Assembly (NCBI GenBank): GCA_037138135.1
Contig: JBAXIY010000001.1
Coordinates: forward strand, 1 to 53,779
Reading direction: 5' to 3'
Source: Verrucomicrobiia bacterium
GTDB taxonomy: Bacteria; Verrucomicrobiota; Verrucomicrobiia; Limisphaerales; UBA11358
DNA length: 53,779 nt
Shown in pieces: positions 33,527-42,948 of this stretch. Each line of letters opens with the position of its first letter. Position 1 is the first letter of the stretch. Made by a program: the position numbers and the translations under genes. The notes beneath the pieces were generated by a model. That model had not been told where the DNA came from. It was given only the letters and a program-made list of their open reading frames with translations, and did no database searches.

Positions 33527-34519
33527 TTACGCCGCGAGAATATTTTCGATTTGCGCCAACTCTTCGCCGGTGAAATTCAAATTCTTGGTTGCGCCAACGC
33601 AATCATCCACCTGACTCACCTTGCTCGCGCCGATGAGCGCGCTGGTCACCACATTATGCCGCAACACCCATGCCAGCGCCATTTGCGCGAGCGTTTGACC
33701 GCGCGCTTGGGCAAGGTCGTTCAGTTTTTTAGCCTTGGCAATCACGGCGTCCGTGATGTCGGCAGGACGAAGGAACCGCTGGTCGTGACCGGCGCGTGAA
33801 TCAGCCGGGATGCCCTTAAAATAGCGGTCGGTCAAAACACCTTTGCCGAGTGGCGAGAACGCCGTGCAGCCGATGCCTTCCGCTTCCAGCGCGGCCAGCA
33901 ACTCCGGTTCCACCCAACGATCCAGCATGGAATAGCGCGCCTGATGAATTAGGCACGGTGTGCCGAGTTCGCGCAGAATTTTTGCCGCGCGCAACGCTTC
34001 GGCGGCGGGATAATTCGAGATGCCCGCATAAAGCGCCTTGCCGCTTTTTACCGCGTGGGCGACAGCTCCCATGGTTTCTTCGAGCGGAGTTTCCGGATCG
34101 AACCGGTGCGAATAAAAAATATCCACATATTCCAAACCCATCCGTTTGAGTGATTGGTCGAGCGATGCCAAAAGATATTTGCGCGAACCCCATTCTCCAT
34201 ACGGCCCAGGCCACATGTAATAACCCGCCTTCGTCGTGATGATCATTTCATCGCGCCACGGACGGAGGTCATGCTGCAAAATCTTGCCGAAGGTGGTTTC
34301 CGCCGCGCCGTCCGGCGGGCCATAATTATTCGCGAGGTCGAAGCAAGTGATGCCGAGATCGAACGCGTGCAGCGCAATGGCGCGAGCATTCTCGTAGGCA
34401 TCTGGCTCACCAAAATTATGCCACAAGCCCAGCGAAATCAGCGGCAAACGCAGACCAGAACGACCACAGCGACGATAAATGCCGGGGGAATCATAACGAG
34501 TAGCAGCGGGTGAATACAT
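33527..34519 (-). CDS. gpr: aldo/keto reductase, L-glyceraldehyde-3-phosphate reductase (YghZ/Gpr-like)
   Basis: 330 aa. YRRCGRSGLRLPLISLGLWHNFG, FDLANNYGPP, GSRKYLLASLDQSLKRMGLEYVDIFYSHR and GKALYAGISNY align closely with E. coli YghZ as I remember it. Confidence 0.85.
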   Translation of the reverse strand: MYSPAATRYDSPGIYRRCGRSGLRLPLISLGLWHNFGEPDAYENARAIALHAFDLGITCFDLANNYGPPDGAAETTFGKILQHDLRPWRDEMIITTKAGYYMWPGPYGEWGSRKYLLASLDQSLKRMGLEYVDIFYSHRFDPETPLEETMGAVAHAVKSGKALYAGISNYPAAEALRAAKILRELGTPCLIHQARYSMLDRWVEPELLAALEAEGIGCTAFSPLGKGVLTDRYFKGIPADSRAGHDQRFLRPADITDAVIAKAKKLNDLAQARGQTLAQMALAWVLRHNVVTSALIGASKVSQVDDCVGATKNLNFTGEELAQIENILAA

Positions 34520-34580
34520 GGGGCGCAGCCTAATAAAGCAACGCGTGAAATTCGATAAAAATCTTCCGCACGTTTAAGTG

Positions 34581-36773
34581 CTATTCCATCCGGCTGGCCA
34601 AATCAATTCTCACGGTCGCCATGGGCGTGAATTCTGACGTTGCTGCTTCCGAGCTAGCCGGCGGCTGAACTTCATAAGTGTTCCACCAGGCTTGTCGCAA
34701 TTCCGGCGTCCACTCTGCAGCTTGGGGGCTCGCCAGGAAGATCGTCCGTAATTCACTAGCGGAGGCTGGCCGCGCGGCGGGGATTTTTTCCAGACAGCCC
34801 AAAAGAATTTTTTCCAACTCTGGACGAATCGGGTTTAAAGTTCGTTGTGAAGGCGGAACCGGAAGTTCCGAAATTTGTTTCTCAAAGATTTCCTCGACGG
34901 TCTCGGCGTCAAAAATATATTGGCCCGTTAATAAATAGTAACCCAGCGCGCCGAGCGCATAGAGATCGCTGCGCGCATCAATCGGCGCGGAACCATTGAT
35001 GGCTTCCGGCGGCGTGAACCACGGCGTGCCTTCGATCATGAACTCGCCGTCCGCAGAAGTAACTTCAGCCGAATCGGTGCGGACTTCCTGAACCAAACCG
35101 AAGTCGAGCACTTTGACGCAGTCGGCCAGACCGCCACGTCGGCATAGAAATATATTTCCCGGTTTGAGGTCACGATGGATCAACCCCAGTCCGTGCGCCT
35201 CAATCAGGGAATCGCAAATTTGCGTCAGGATGTAAACCACCCGGCTTTCCGGTTGCGGGCCGTAACGGGCCACCAACTCGTGCAGATTCAAACCACGCAA
35301 AAATTCCATGGCATAATAAAAAATTCCATCGGGCGTATGGCCGTAATCATATACCTGAATCGTGTTTGGATGCGTGAGCTGGCAGGTCAGACAAACTTCC
35401 CGTTCAAAGCGCGCGATGGCGAGCGAGTCGGCACGGTCTGGTAGGAGCAATTTAATGGCGGTGTCGCGGCGCAGAAGCGCGTGGCGGGCGCGATAAACCA
35501 CGCCCATACCGCCTTCACCGATTTTTTCCTCTAAGGTATATTGGCCCAATTGTTTCAACTTCAGCTCTGCCTCACTCAAGCGTCGGCGCCAAGTGAGATT
35601 AGCAAAAAGAAAAAGTCCCGTGGCACAGAGGAGGAGAAACAAAACCAACACGACGAAGATCAATTGTAGCACCCGCAACGGACGATAAGCTTCGTTCGCG
35701 TCCATCTGCGTCGCCACACCGAAGCCGAATTGCGGCAGCCAGCAAGCCGCGCCCACCACTGGCACGCCGCGATAATCACGCGTCGGTTCCAAGTGCATGA
35801 CTGACTCGTCCTCCACCGCACCGGCGACCAAACCGATCAAAGGACGAGCCGCCGAGTTGGTTTCAATCGGCTGAAAACCTTTCGTCAGATCGCCACCTGG
35901 ATCATGCAGGCGAAGGTTCAACGCGGAAGTTTCATTTGTCGTCTCCAGCAGTCCCAACTGTTTTAACTGCGGGTCGAAACGGCTGTGGGAAATCATCAAT
36001 CCAGTCTGGTCAAACGCGTAAGTCTCACCGGAATCTCCCGACCGAGCGACCGAAAGAATCCGCGAAAATTCCTTGTCCGGATTGATGATTAAAGCCAGCG
36101 CCCCGACGATGACATCCGCCGAATCATGCACGGGTGCCGCCACCTGCATCAAGGTGACGTCACCGCGTCGCGCCCAGCCGGTGAGCGCCGGCGGTTGACG
36201 ATTGAGCCGGCGCAAGTCATTCGTGCGAGCGGCACCGAGTATTTTTCGGGCGCCCTGATGTTGCATCAACATTTCCGGTTTAAACGGGGTGATGATGACT
36301 GGTTCGCCAGAAGCAAACAAATCGGCAAATTTATTGGTATGGGCATCGGACACCATCGCATTACCCATCCGCTGAACGCGTTGAGAACTGGCTACGACCA
36401 GAAAATTCGTGTCCACCAACTGAGCGGTTTGGTAGCCAAGGTGACTCAAACGCGGCTGAAGATCCTTGATGAATTGCTCCTGCTCTGGTGCCGGTTGGAA
36501 ATTTCGCCGGGTCGATGGTGACGACTGGAAGATCTGGCAGGCAATTGTCCGCACCGTTGAATCTTCAGCCAACGAAGTGGCTAGCCGGGTTTGATTGGTG
36601 CTCCAGATGCCCAAGGCGGTGACGTTCGCATTCAACGTCGCGGTCAATTGCGCTTTCAACTCGGTCTCAACCGTTGCACGCAACCGGGCATTGCCCCACC
36701 AACCTAGCACCGCCACCAAGCCGGCTATTAACAGCGGCAGCATCCAGATGAGTTGCTTCAAATTGCGGGGCAT
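34581..36773 (-). CDS. membrane receptor-type Ser/Thr protein kinase (N-terminal extracytoplasmic sensor, C-terminal Hanks kinase)
   Basis: 730 aa. TM1 LIWMLPLLIAGLVAVLGWW, a ~340-aa extracytoplasmic region, TM2 LIFVVLVLFLLLCATGLFLF, then the kinase domain (IGEGGMGVVYRA, AIKLL, HRDLKPGNIFL, DFGL, GTPWFTPPE). Confidence 0.9.
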   Translation of the reverse strand: MPRNLKQLIWMLPLLIAGLVAVLGWWGNARLRATVETELKAQLTATLNANVTALGIWSTNQTRLATSLAEDSTVRTIACQIFQSSPSTRRNFQPAPEQEQFIKDLQPRLSHLGYQTAQLVDTNFLVVASSQRVQRMGNAMVSDAHTNKFADLFASGEPVIITPFKPEMLMQHQGARKILGAARTNDLRRLNRQPPALTGWARRGDVTLMQVAAPVHDSADVIVGALALIINPDKEFSRILSVARSGDSGETYAFDQTGLMISHSRFDPQLKQLGLLETTNETSALNLRLHDPGGDLTKGFQPIETNSAARPLIGLVAGAVEDESVMHLEPTRDYRGVPVVGAACWLPQFGFGVATQMDANEAYRPLRVLQLIFVVLVLFLLLCATGLFLFANLTWRRRLSEAELKLKQLGQYTLEEKIGEGGMGVVYRARHALLRRDTAIKLLLPDRADSLAIARFEREVCLTCQLTHPNTIQVYDYGHTPDGIFYYAMEFLRGLNLHELVARYGPQPESRVVYILTQICDSLIEAHGLGLIHRDLKPGNIFLCRRGGLADCVKVLDFGLVQEVRTDSAEVTSADGEFMIEGTPWFTPPEAINGSAPIDARSDLYALGALGYYLLTGQYIFDAETVEEIFEKQISELPVPPSQRTLNPIRPELEKILLGCLEKIPAARPASASELRTIFLASPQAAEWTPELRQAWWNTYEVQPPASSEAATSEFTPMATVRIDLASRME

Positions 36774-36864
36774 AACTAATCAGAAGACGCCGGTAAGCGA
36801 ACAGGGGTTTCCTCAATCAACCTCATCAGCTAATCCTTTTAAAAGCCCACAGCGATTTGAAAAA

Positions 36865-38199
36865 TTACAAACCCAGTTTCTTAAACCGATTGTTCACTTC
36901 CTTGAAATGAAAATCCAGCGAGCAGAGTTTTTCAAGCTCACCGTTCTTGAACAGTTTCACCACTTGCGGATCCAGCTTGAGCTGTTCCACAAAGTCAGCG
37001 TCGTCGCGGCCCGCGTGTTTCACTTCCCACGTTTTCATGGCGGCGTCCTGACAAATCTTATAGGCGGCTTCGCGCGTGAGACCCTTTTTGATGAGCGCGA
37101 GCAGGATGGTTTGGGAATTCCACATGCCCAGACTCAAACCGAGATTCTTCTTCATGTTCGCCGGATAAACGACAATGCCGTCCATCAAGCGCGTGAGCAG
37201 GCCGAACATATAATCCAGCAGCGTGCAGGAATCGGGGAAAATAATCCGTTCGACACTCGAATGGGAAATGTCGCGTTCATGCCACAGCGCCACGTTTTCG
37301 AGCGACGCCATCGCGTTGCCGCGCAACACACGCGCGAGGCCGGTGAGCCGTTCCCAGGTGATGGGATTACGTTTGTGCGGCATGGCGCTGCTGCCTTTCT
37401 GGCCTTTGGTGAACGGCTCTTCGGCTTCGAGCACTTCGGTGCGCTGCAGATGGCGGAACTCAACCGCCCAGCGCTCAATGCTCGCGCCGACAAGGGCCAT
37501 CGCGAGTTGAAACTCGGCGTGGATGTCGCGTTGCACCACTTGCGTGGCGATGGGCGCGGGTTGAATGCCCAGCTTCTTGCAGACGTAAGCCTCGACGCGC
37601 GGCGAGAGATGCGCGCTGGTGCCGACGGCGCCAGAAATCTTGCCGACGGCAACGACATTGCGAACGGCTTCAAGGCGGCGGAGAGCGCGTTTGAATTCGT
37701 CATGCATGAGTGCCATCTTCAAGCCGAAAGTCGTCGGCTCGCCGTGAATGCCGTGACTACGCCCCATGCACGGCGTGAACTTGTGTTCCTTCGCTCGGCG
37801 AGCGATAACTGGCAAAAGTTTTTTGACATCCGCAATCAAAATGTCCGCGGATTGCTGCATCTGCACGGCGTAACAGGTGTCGCCCACGTCACTGCTCGTC
37901 AGCCCGAAATGAAACCAGCGGCTGGCGTTGTCGTTGATGGCTTCGGCAACGGCGGTGGTGAAACCGATGACGTCGTGATTAAGAACTTTTTCGAGTTCCT
38001 TCTGACGCGCGACGAGGCCGGGCAAGTCAGCAAACCATTTATCGCAGCCGGCTTTGATCTTTTTGAAATCTCTGGCGGGAACGACGCCTTCCTTCACCAG
38101 CGCTTCGCTGGCGAGCAATTCGATTTGCAGCCAGATCTTGAGTTTATTTTCGTCGGTCCAAATTGCCCGCATTTCGGGGCGCGAATAACGCGTAATCAT
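36865..38199 (-). CDS. purB: adenylosuccinate lyase
   Basis: 444 aa. RYSRPEMRAIWTDENK, SSAMPHKRNP (fumarate-lyase signature) and the overall PurB-like sequence. Confidence 0.95.
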   Translation of the reverse strand: MITRYSRPEMRAIWTDENKLKIWLQIELLASEALVKEGVVPARDFKKIKAGCDKWFADLPGLVARQKELEKVLNHDVIGFTTAVAEAINDNASRWFHFGLTSSDVGDTCYAVQMQQSADILIADVKKLLPVIARRAKEHKFTPCMGRSHGIHGEPTTFGLKMALMHDEFKRALRRLEAVRNVVAVGKISGAVGTSAHLSPRVEAYVCKKLGIQPAPIATQVVQRDIHAEFQLAMALVGASIERWAVEFRHLQRTEVLEAEEPFTKGQKGSSAMPHKRNPITWERLTGLARVLRGNAMASLENVALWHERDISHSSVERIIFPDSCTLLDYMFGLLTRLMDGIVVYPANMKKNLGLSLGMWNSQTILLALIKKGLTREAAYKICQDAAMKTWEVKHAGRDDADFVEQLKLDPQVVKLFKNGELEKLCSLDFHFKEVNNRFKKLGL

Positions 38200-38250
38200 T
38201 TACTCATTAAAAATGAAAACAGCGAAATTAAAAAGCCTGAACTGTTAGCC

Positions 38251-39240
38251 TCACCGGTTGGCTGAACGCGGTTCAAGCCACGGTGATTGCAGCAATACGT
38301 TCGCCGCAGTGATCAATCCACCGCCAACGAGTAAACGCAACGTAAGGATTTCATTCGCGTAATGAATGTTCGCCCAACTGGAAAAAATTGCCGGCAGAAA
38401 CAACGCCAGCAAACTTGCAAACACCGGTTCCGAACAATAAATCAAGCCAGCTTCGGTCGCGGTGACGTGACGCTGCCAGACATTCATCACCATGAACGCG
38501 CCGAGCGTGCAAAACACAACGATGAGGGCCAGAAAACCGCACGCCGCGGGTGACGCGTAGGCGCGCAGACACGCGGCGGCAGCGGGCGCGGTGACGCACA
38601 CGAGCGGGGCGCTCACCAGCGCGGTGCCGAGCAACATCACGACGGTGAAACAGAGCGGTCGATTCGCGGCATAGCGCGGATTTCCGAGATTCAGGATCTG
38701 GCCGGTGAACAAAAAGGACGCGATGAGCGTTTCAATTTCGCCACGACCGAGATGAAACGAATGGAAATTAATTTCCGCCAACACAGCGACGCCAAAAACA
38801 ACCAGAACGACGCACAAAAAAGTTTTGAGCGACGGCCATTGCCGATGCACGAGCGCGAGCCAGATGGGCAGAAAGACGCAGTAACCTTGCGTGAGAAAAG
38901 CCGACGTGGAGGCCGACGTGTAAGCGAGCCCATCCATCTGAAATAAAATCCCCACGCCACCGAAGAACGCAATCAACATCCCCTGCTCCACTTCCAGTTT
39001 TCGCAATGACCGCAGTTGTCGCCACGCGAACGGCAACAACAGCAGTCCTGCAATGCCGAAGCGGTAACACACGCTCAACGAAGTGAAAAACCAACTACCG
39101 GATTGCGGCAAAAGATTTTGCTGCGTGAGCGCGAGGGCTTTCATCGCCGGAAAACTCAACGACCACAGCAAGGTGCAAAACACAAGCATCTGCATCGCGT
39201 GACGGCGTTGGCCGACCGAGTTGTCGTGGCCCGGATTCAA
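38251..39240 (-). CDS. DMT-superfamily (EamA-like) transporter
   Basis: ~10 hydrophobic helices in two EamA-like halves. TTG start 39240 overlaps the rhomboid stop (TTGA); ATGs at 39195/39189 are alternatives. Confidence 0.75.
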   Translation of the reverse strand: MNPGHDNSVGQRRHAMQMLVFCTLLWSLSFPAMKALALTQQNLLPQSGSWFFTSLSVCYRFGIAGLLLLPFAWRQLRSLRKLEVEQGMLIAFFGGVGILFQMDGLAYTSASTSAFLTQGYCVFLPIWLALVHRQWPSLKTFLCVVLVVFGVAVLAEINFHSFHLGRGEIETLIASFLFTGQILNLGNPRYAANRPLCFTVVMLLGTALVSAPLVCVTAPAAAACLRAYASPAACGFLALIVVFCTLGAFMVMNVWQRHVTATEAGLIYCSEPVFASLLALFLPAIFSSWANIHYANEILTLRLLVGGGLITAANVLLQSPWLEPRSANR

Positions 39241-40160
39241 GAGCGTTTAATGTGCTTGCGGGCGGTTTCGAGAATTTCCCGTTCGCGCGGCGTGAGGCTT
39301 TGGATGCCGTGGGCGGAAATTTTGTCGAGGATAGGATCCACTTCACTTTCCACGAAACCAGCTGCCGGTTTTTCTGCGAGCGGTTCCAAAACGGGACGAC
39401 GCGGAGCGAATTTTTCCGCCGGACGTAGCGCGCCTTCGAGTCGCGACCAGTCGCCCTGCAAAATTTTCCGCACAAAGAACCACCCCATCGCCATGCCACC
39501 GAGGTGCGCGGCGTTCGCGACGTTGTCCATGGGGAATGCGATGCCCGCGACCGCCAATACCGCCGAACCGATGAGCAACGTCTTCGCGCGCAACTGCACG
39601 GGAATGAAAAAGAAAATCAGCAGTGTCAGTTCGCGTTCAGGAAACATCATCGCGAACGCGGCCACGAGACCAAACGCACAAGCCGACGCGCCGACAACCG
39701 GACCGCCGAAGTATTGCGGCCACACGAGCGCGACGAGAATCTGAAACACGCCGCCGACGATGCCGCTGGAAAACATCAGCGTCAGAAATTTTTTGCCGCC
39801 GAGCATCGCTTCCACTTCACGCCCGAACATATAAATCGCCCAACTGTTGAAGAGAATGTGCATCAAGCCGGCGTGCAGGAATTGATACGTGACCAACTGC
39901 CAGACGTAACCGTGGCGCAAACCTTCAACACTTAACGGCAGATAGCCGGGGAAAATTTCCAGACCGTCTTTGGTCGGAATCGGATGGCCGCCAAAGAAAT
40001 TATTGTTCGGAAAAAACTTTTCCGCGATGAGGCCGATGATGAAAACCGCCGCATACGCCACAAGCAACACGACGGTCCACGACCATTGGATACCAAAACG
40101 CGGCGACCAACGCGGGGCGTTGGCTTCCGGTTGTCGCATGTAGTCGCGATCATCGAGCAT
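39237..40160 (-). CDS. rhomboid-family intramembrane serine protease
   Basis: HAGLMHILFNSW, catalytic GASACAFG and HLGGMAMG motifs. ATG 40160 is preferred; the ORF opens with TTG at 40166. Soluble ~75-aa C-terminal tail. Confidence 0.85.
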   Translation of the reverse strand: MLDDRDYMRQPEANAPRWSPRFGIQWSWTVVLLVAYAAVFIIGLIAEKFFPNNNFFGGHPIPTKDGLEIFPGYLPLSVEGLRHGYVWQLVTYQFLHAGLMHILFNSWAIYMFGREVEAMLGGKKFLTLMFSSGIVGGVFQILVALVWPQYFGGPVVGASACAFGLVAAFAMMFPERELTLLIFFFIPVQLRAKTLLIGSAVLAVAGIAFPMDNVANAAHLGGMAMGWFFVRKILQGDWSRLEGALRPAEKFAPRRPVLEPLAEKPAAGFVESEVDPILDKISAHGIQSLTPREREILETARKHIKRS

Positions 40161-40186
40161 GGCCAAATAATAATCTTCTTGTGCTA

Positions 40187-40786
40187 TTAATCAATGGTGG
40201 CCGTCCGCAAGGACCGCCGCCAATGGAACATGCGCTCCAAGCCCGTGCGATTCGGATACGAGCGTGGCGTCCAATCCGCCAGCAATTCAAAGTGCGGCGA
40301 AAACCGCTCCAGCTGTTCATCGCGCGTGGTCGGAAACGGCGGACCGTCCGGATCGGTCAGAAAATAATTCACCGCGAGATAATTCCCGCCGGGTTTAAGC
40401 CAGCGCAGCGTGGCGCGGACATATTCGTCGCGTTCCGAAGGTTGGATGGCGCAGAACAAAGTGTGTTCAAACAACCAGTCAAATTTCTGCGGCGGTTCAT
40501 CACGCAGAAAATCCGTGAGCGCGAAGGTGGCATTGAGGCCAGCTGCTTTCGTTTTTGCCTCAGCGGAAGCAATCGCGCTCGGCGCGAGGTCAAAACCAAA
40601 AGCGTCAAAGCCCGCTTGTGCGAACGCGCGCACATCGTGACCGCTGCCGCAGCCGGGAACGCAAACAGTTCCGTGTTTAAGCTGGGGATTGGCGGCAAGA
40701 AAATCCACGAGGCCGGGCGATGGCGCGCCTTTTTCCCACGGCATATCGGCGGCTTGGTAACGGGCTTCCCAGTAATCGCGGCTCAT
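40187..40786 (-). CDS. SAM-dependent methyltransferase, thiopurine/thiol S-methyltransferase (TPMT)-like
   Basis: ATG 40786 (MSRDYWEARYQAADMPWEKG...). VCVPGCGSGHDVRAFAQAGFDAFGFDLAPSAI fits the TPMT-family pattern. Starts 4 nt after the lolD stop. Confidence 0.75.
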   Translation of the reverse strand: MSRDYWEARYQAADMPWEKGAPSPGLVDFLAANPQLKHGTVCVPGCGSGHDVRAFAQAGFDAFGFDLAPSAIASAEAKTKAAGLNATFALTDFLRDEPPQKFDWLFEHTLFCAIQPSERDEYVRATLRWLKPGGNYLAVNYFLTDPDGPPFPTTRDEQLERFSPHFELLADWTPRSYPNRTGLERMFHWRRSLRTATID

Positions 40787-40790
40787 GGGA

Positions 40791-41471
40791 TTAAGCCGTG
40801 GCGATGAGACCATCCACGAGTTCAATCACGCGGGGCGCAAGCGCAGCGACTTTGGCGTCGTGCGTGGCGATGACGAGCGTGGTTTGTTTTTCCGTCCGCA
40901 AACTTTGAAGCAACTCCATGATTTCGCCGCCGGTGCGGGAATCCAGATTACCCGTCGGCTCGTCGGCGAGCAGTAAAACCGGTTCGTTGATGAGCGCGCG
41001 GGCGATGGCGACGCGCTGCTGTTCGCCGCCGGATAGCTCGGAAGATTTGTGGTCGAGCCGGTCTTTGAGACCGACGCGCGTGAGCAATTCCGTCGCGCGC
41101 TGTTTCGCGGTGGTAACGGCGATGCGCGCGATGCGCGCGGGCAGACAGACATTTTCCAGCGCGGTCAATTCCGGCAAGAGATGATAGGCTTGGAAAATAA
41201 AACCCACGCGCCGATTGCGGAAGTCCGTCAGTTTGCTTTCGGAGAAGTCAGTAAAACTTTGTCCATTGAATATAATTTCGCCGGTATTCGGCGTGTCGAG
41301 GCCGCCGATGAGATGGAGCAACGTGCTTTTGCCGGCGCCGGACGCGCCGCGCAATGCGAGAAAATCGCCACGCGCGATGTCCACATCCACGCCGCGCAAC
41401 ACTTCGAGCGAGCGCTTGCCCATGACGTAGGTTTTGGTGAGTCCGCGCGCGGACAGGAGCAGTTCACTCAT
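40791..41471 (-). CDS. lolD: lipoprotein-releasing system ABC ATPase (LolD-like)
   Basis: 226 aa. Walker [10 protein letters not shown], signature [15 protein letters not shown], Walker [13 protein letters not shown]. Overlaps the FtsX-like permease gene by 8 nt. Confidence 0.85.
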   Translation of the reverse strand: MSELLLSARGLTKTYVMGKRSLEVLRGVDVDIARGDFLALRGASGAGKSTLLHLIGGLDTPNTGEIIFNGQSFTDFSESKLTDFRNRRVGFIFQAYHLLPELTALENVCLPARIARIAVTTAKQRATELLTRVGLKDRLDHKSSELSGGEQQRVAIARALINEPVLLLADEPTGNLDSRTGGEIMELLQSLRTEKQTTLVIATHDAKVAALAPRVIELVDGLIATA

Positions 41472-42738
41472 AGCGCAAAGCCTCCACCGGTTTCAACCGC
41501 CCCGCGCGAATCGACGGCAGCACGCCGCCGATGATACAGATGATAAATGAGCTGATGCAAATGATCGCAACGTCGCGCGGTAAAATAATTGCGGGCAATT
41601 CGCCCAAGCCATAGACCGACGCGGGAAATAATTCAAAGCCCGTCACGCGATTCATGAAATGGAGAAATTGATTGCGATACGCCAGCGCCAACATTCCCAA
41701 AGCAAAACCGGACGCCACGCCGATGACCCCGATGATGGCGCTCTGAAATAGAAAGATGCCGGACGTTTGCAGCCGCGACGCACCGAGCGCCTTGAGCATG
41801 CCGATTTCGCGCGTCTTCTGGATGACGAACGTAATCTGCGCGCTCAGGATGCACAGCGCCGCAACCAGCACGATGAAGAATAATAAATAAAACATTACGT
41901 TCTTCTCCACAACGAGCGCGTTGAGTATGCCGGAATTCTGTTCCATCCACGTCGAGACGTAATACTCGCTGTGCAACGCATCAATCAACTGTCGTTTCAC
42001 CACGGCGGCTTGATACGGATCGTTGATCATCACGAAGAGGCCGTGCACGGATTCGTCGAGGTCATACAAATCCTGCGCGTTTTCAAGCGAGGCGACGATG
42101 ACGCGGGAATCGTAATCGTTCCAGCCGGTCTGGAAAATTCCGCGCACCTCATAATCGTCGGGCAGAATCGCTTCGTCCTGGTGTTTGTCGTGCGCGGCTT
42201 TCATCTTCTTGATTTCGCGCGCGGAATAAATCGACAGATGATCACCAACGGACAAACGCAGATTGTTCGCGAAGTCCGTGCCGACAATCAGGCCGCGGCC
42301 GCTCAAGTCGAATTTCCCTTCCACCATTTGCTCGGGCAATTTGCTGACGCTGGCTTCCGTCGCCGGATCACTGCCGCGCAACATCGGCGCGTCTTGCAGC
42401 GAAGCGTGATTGGTATCGCCCTGCGTCTCCACGAGCACGGGACCAAAGACGAAGGGGGAGACGCCACGCACATTTTTGTTTTGGGCAACGATTTTGGCCA
42501 CTGCCGCGTAATCTTTCATCGTCTCACCGGATTTGGAAACCGTGAGGTGCGCGTTGAAGCCGAGAATCTTGTCGCGCAAATCGTGATCGAACCCGCTCAT
42601 GACGCTGATGACGATGATGAGGACAGCCACGCCGAGCGCGACGCCGACGATGGAGATGAGCGTGATGACCGATACAAACGTCCGTTTGGGCCGCAGATAA
42701 CGCAGCGCCAAAAATAGTTCAAACGGCAGTCGAGACAT
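41464..42738 (-). CDS. lipoprotein-releasing system permease (LolC/E family, FtsX-like)
   Basis: 424 aa. MSRLPFELFLALRYLRPKR is the typical LolC/E N-terminus. Large periplasmic loop, and a C-terminal FtsX domain ending [12 protein letters not shown]. Confidence 0.85.
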   Translation of the reverse strand: MSRLPFELFLALRYLRPKRTFVSVITLISIVGVALGVAVLIIVISVMSGFDHDLRDKILGFNAHLTVSKSGETMKDYAAVAKIVAQNKNVRGVSPFVFGPVLVETQGDTNHASLQDAPMLRGSDPATEASVSKLPEQMVEGKFDLSGRGLIVGTDFANNLRLSVGDHLSIYSAREIKKMKAAHDKHQDEAILPDDYEVRGIFQTGWNDYDSRVIVASLENAQDLYDLDESVHGLFVMINDPYQAAVVKRQLIDALHSEYYVSTWMEQNSGILNALVVEKNVMFYLLFFIVLVAALCILSAQITFVIQKTREIGMLKALGASRLQTSGIFLFQSAIIGVIGVASGFALGMLALAYRNQFLHFMNRVTGFELFPASVYGLGELPAIILPRDVAIICISSFIICIIGGVLPSIRAGRLKPVEALRYE

Positions 42739-42794
42739 CGCGCAAGGCTAGAGACGCGGAGCGACGGTGTCAATTTCTGGCGCACAATGGTAGT

Positions 42795-42861
42795 GTCCTA
42801 ATCATAATCTTACTCTTAATCCTAATCGGCAATATAAAGAGATTACGATTGAGATTAGGAC
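42795..42861. repeat. periodic-arm inverted repeat (hexamer NNAATC units)
   Basis: GTCCTAATC ATAATC TTACTC TTAATC CTAATC (42795-42827) faces GAGATTACGATTGAGATTAGGAC (42839-42861). The outer 9 bp are perfect and the next 14 positions match 9/14. Confidence 0.65.
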
Positions 42862-42948
42862 AGCACCCGCACAATCTGGAATTTGCTTTACAGTCGCCGC
42901 CGGAAGTAGAGATTGAACGCAACCATCAGTCCGTTGACTAATCCCCAT

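Noticed and set aside
36595-38265. 556-aa plus-strand ORF
   Set aside because: It is antisense to purB (unambiguous) and to the 5' end of the kinase gene, so it is a shadow ORF.
41971-42717. 248-aa plus-strand ORF
   Set aside because: It is antisense to the LolC/E permease gene and has no motifs.
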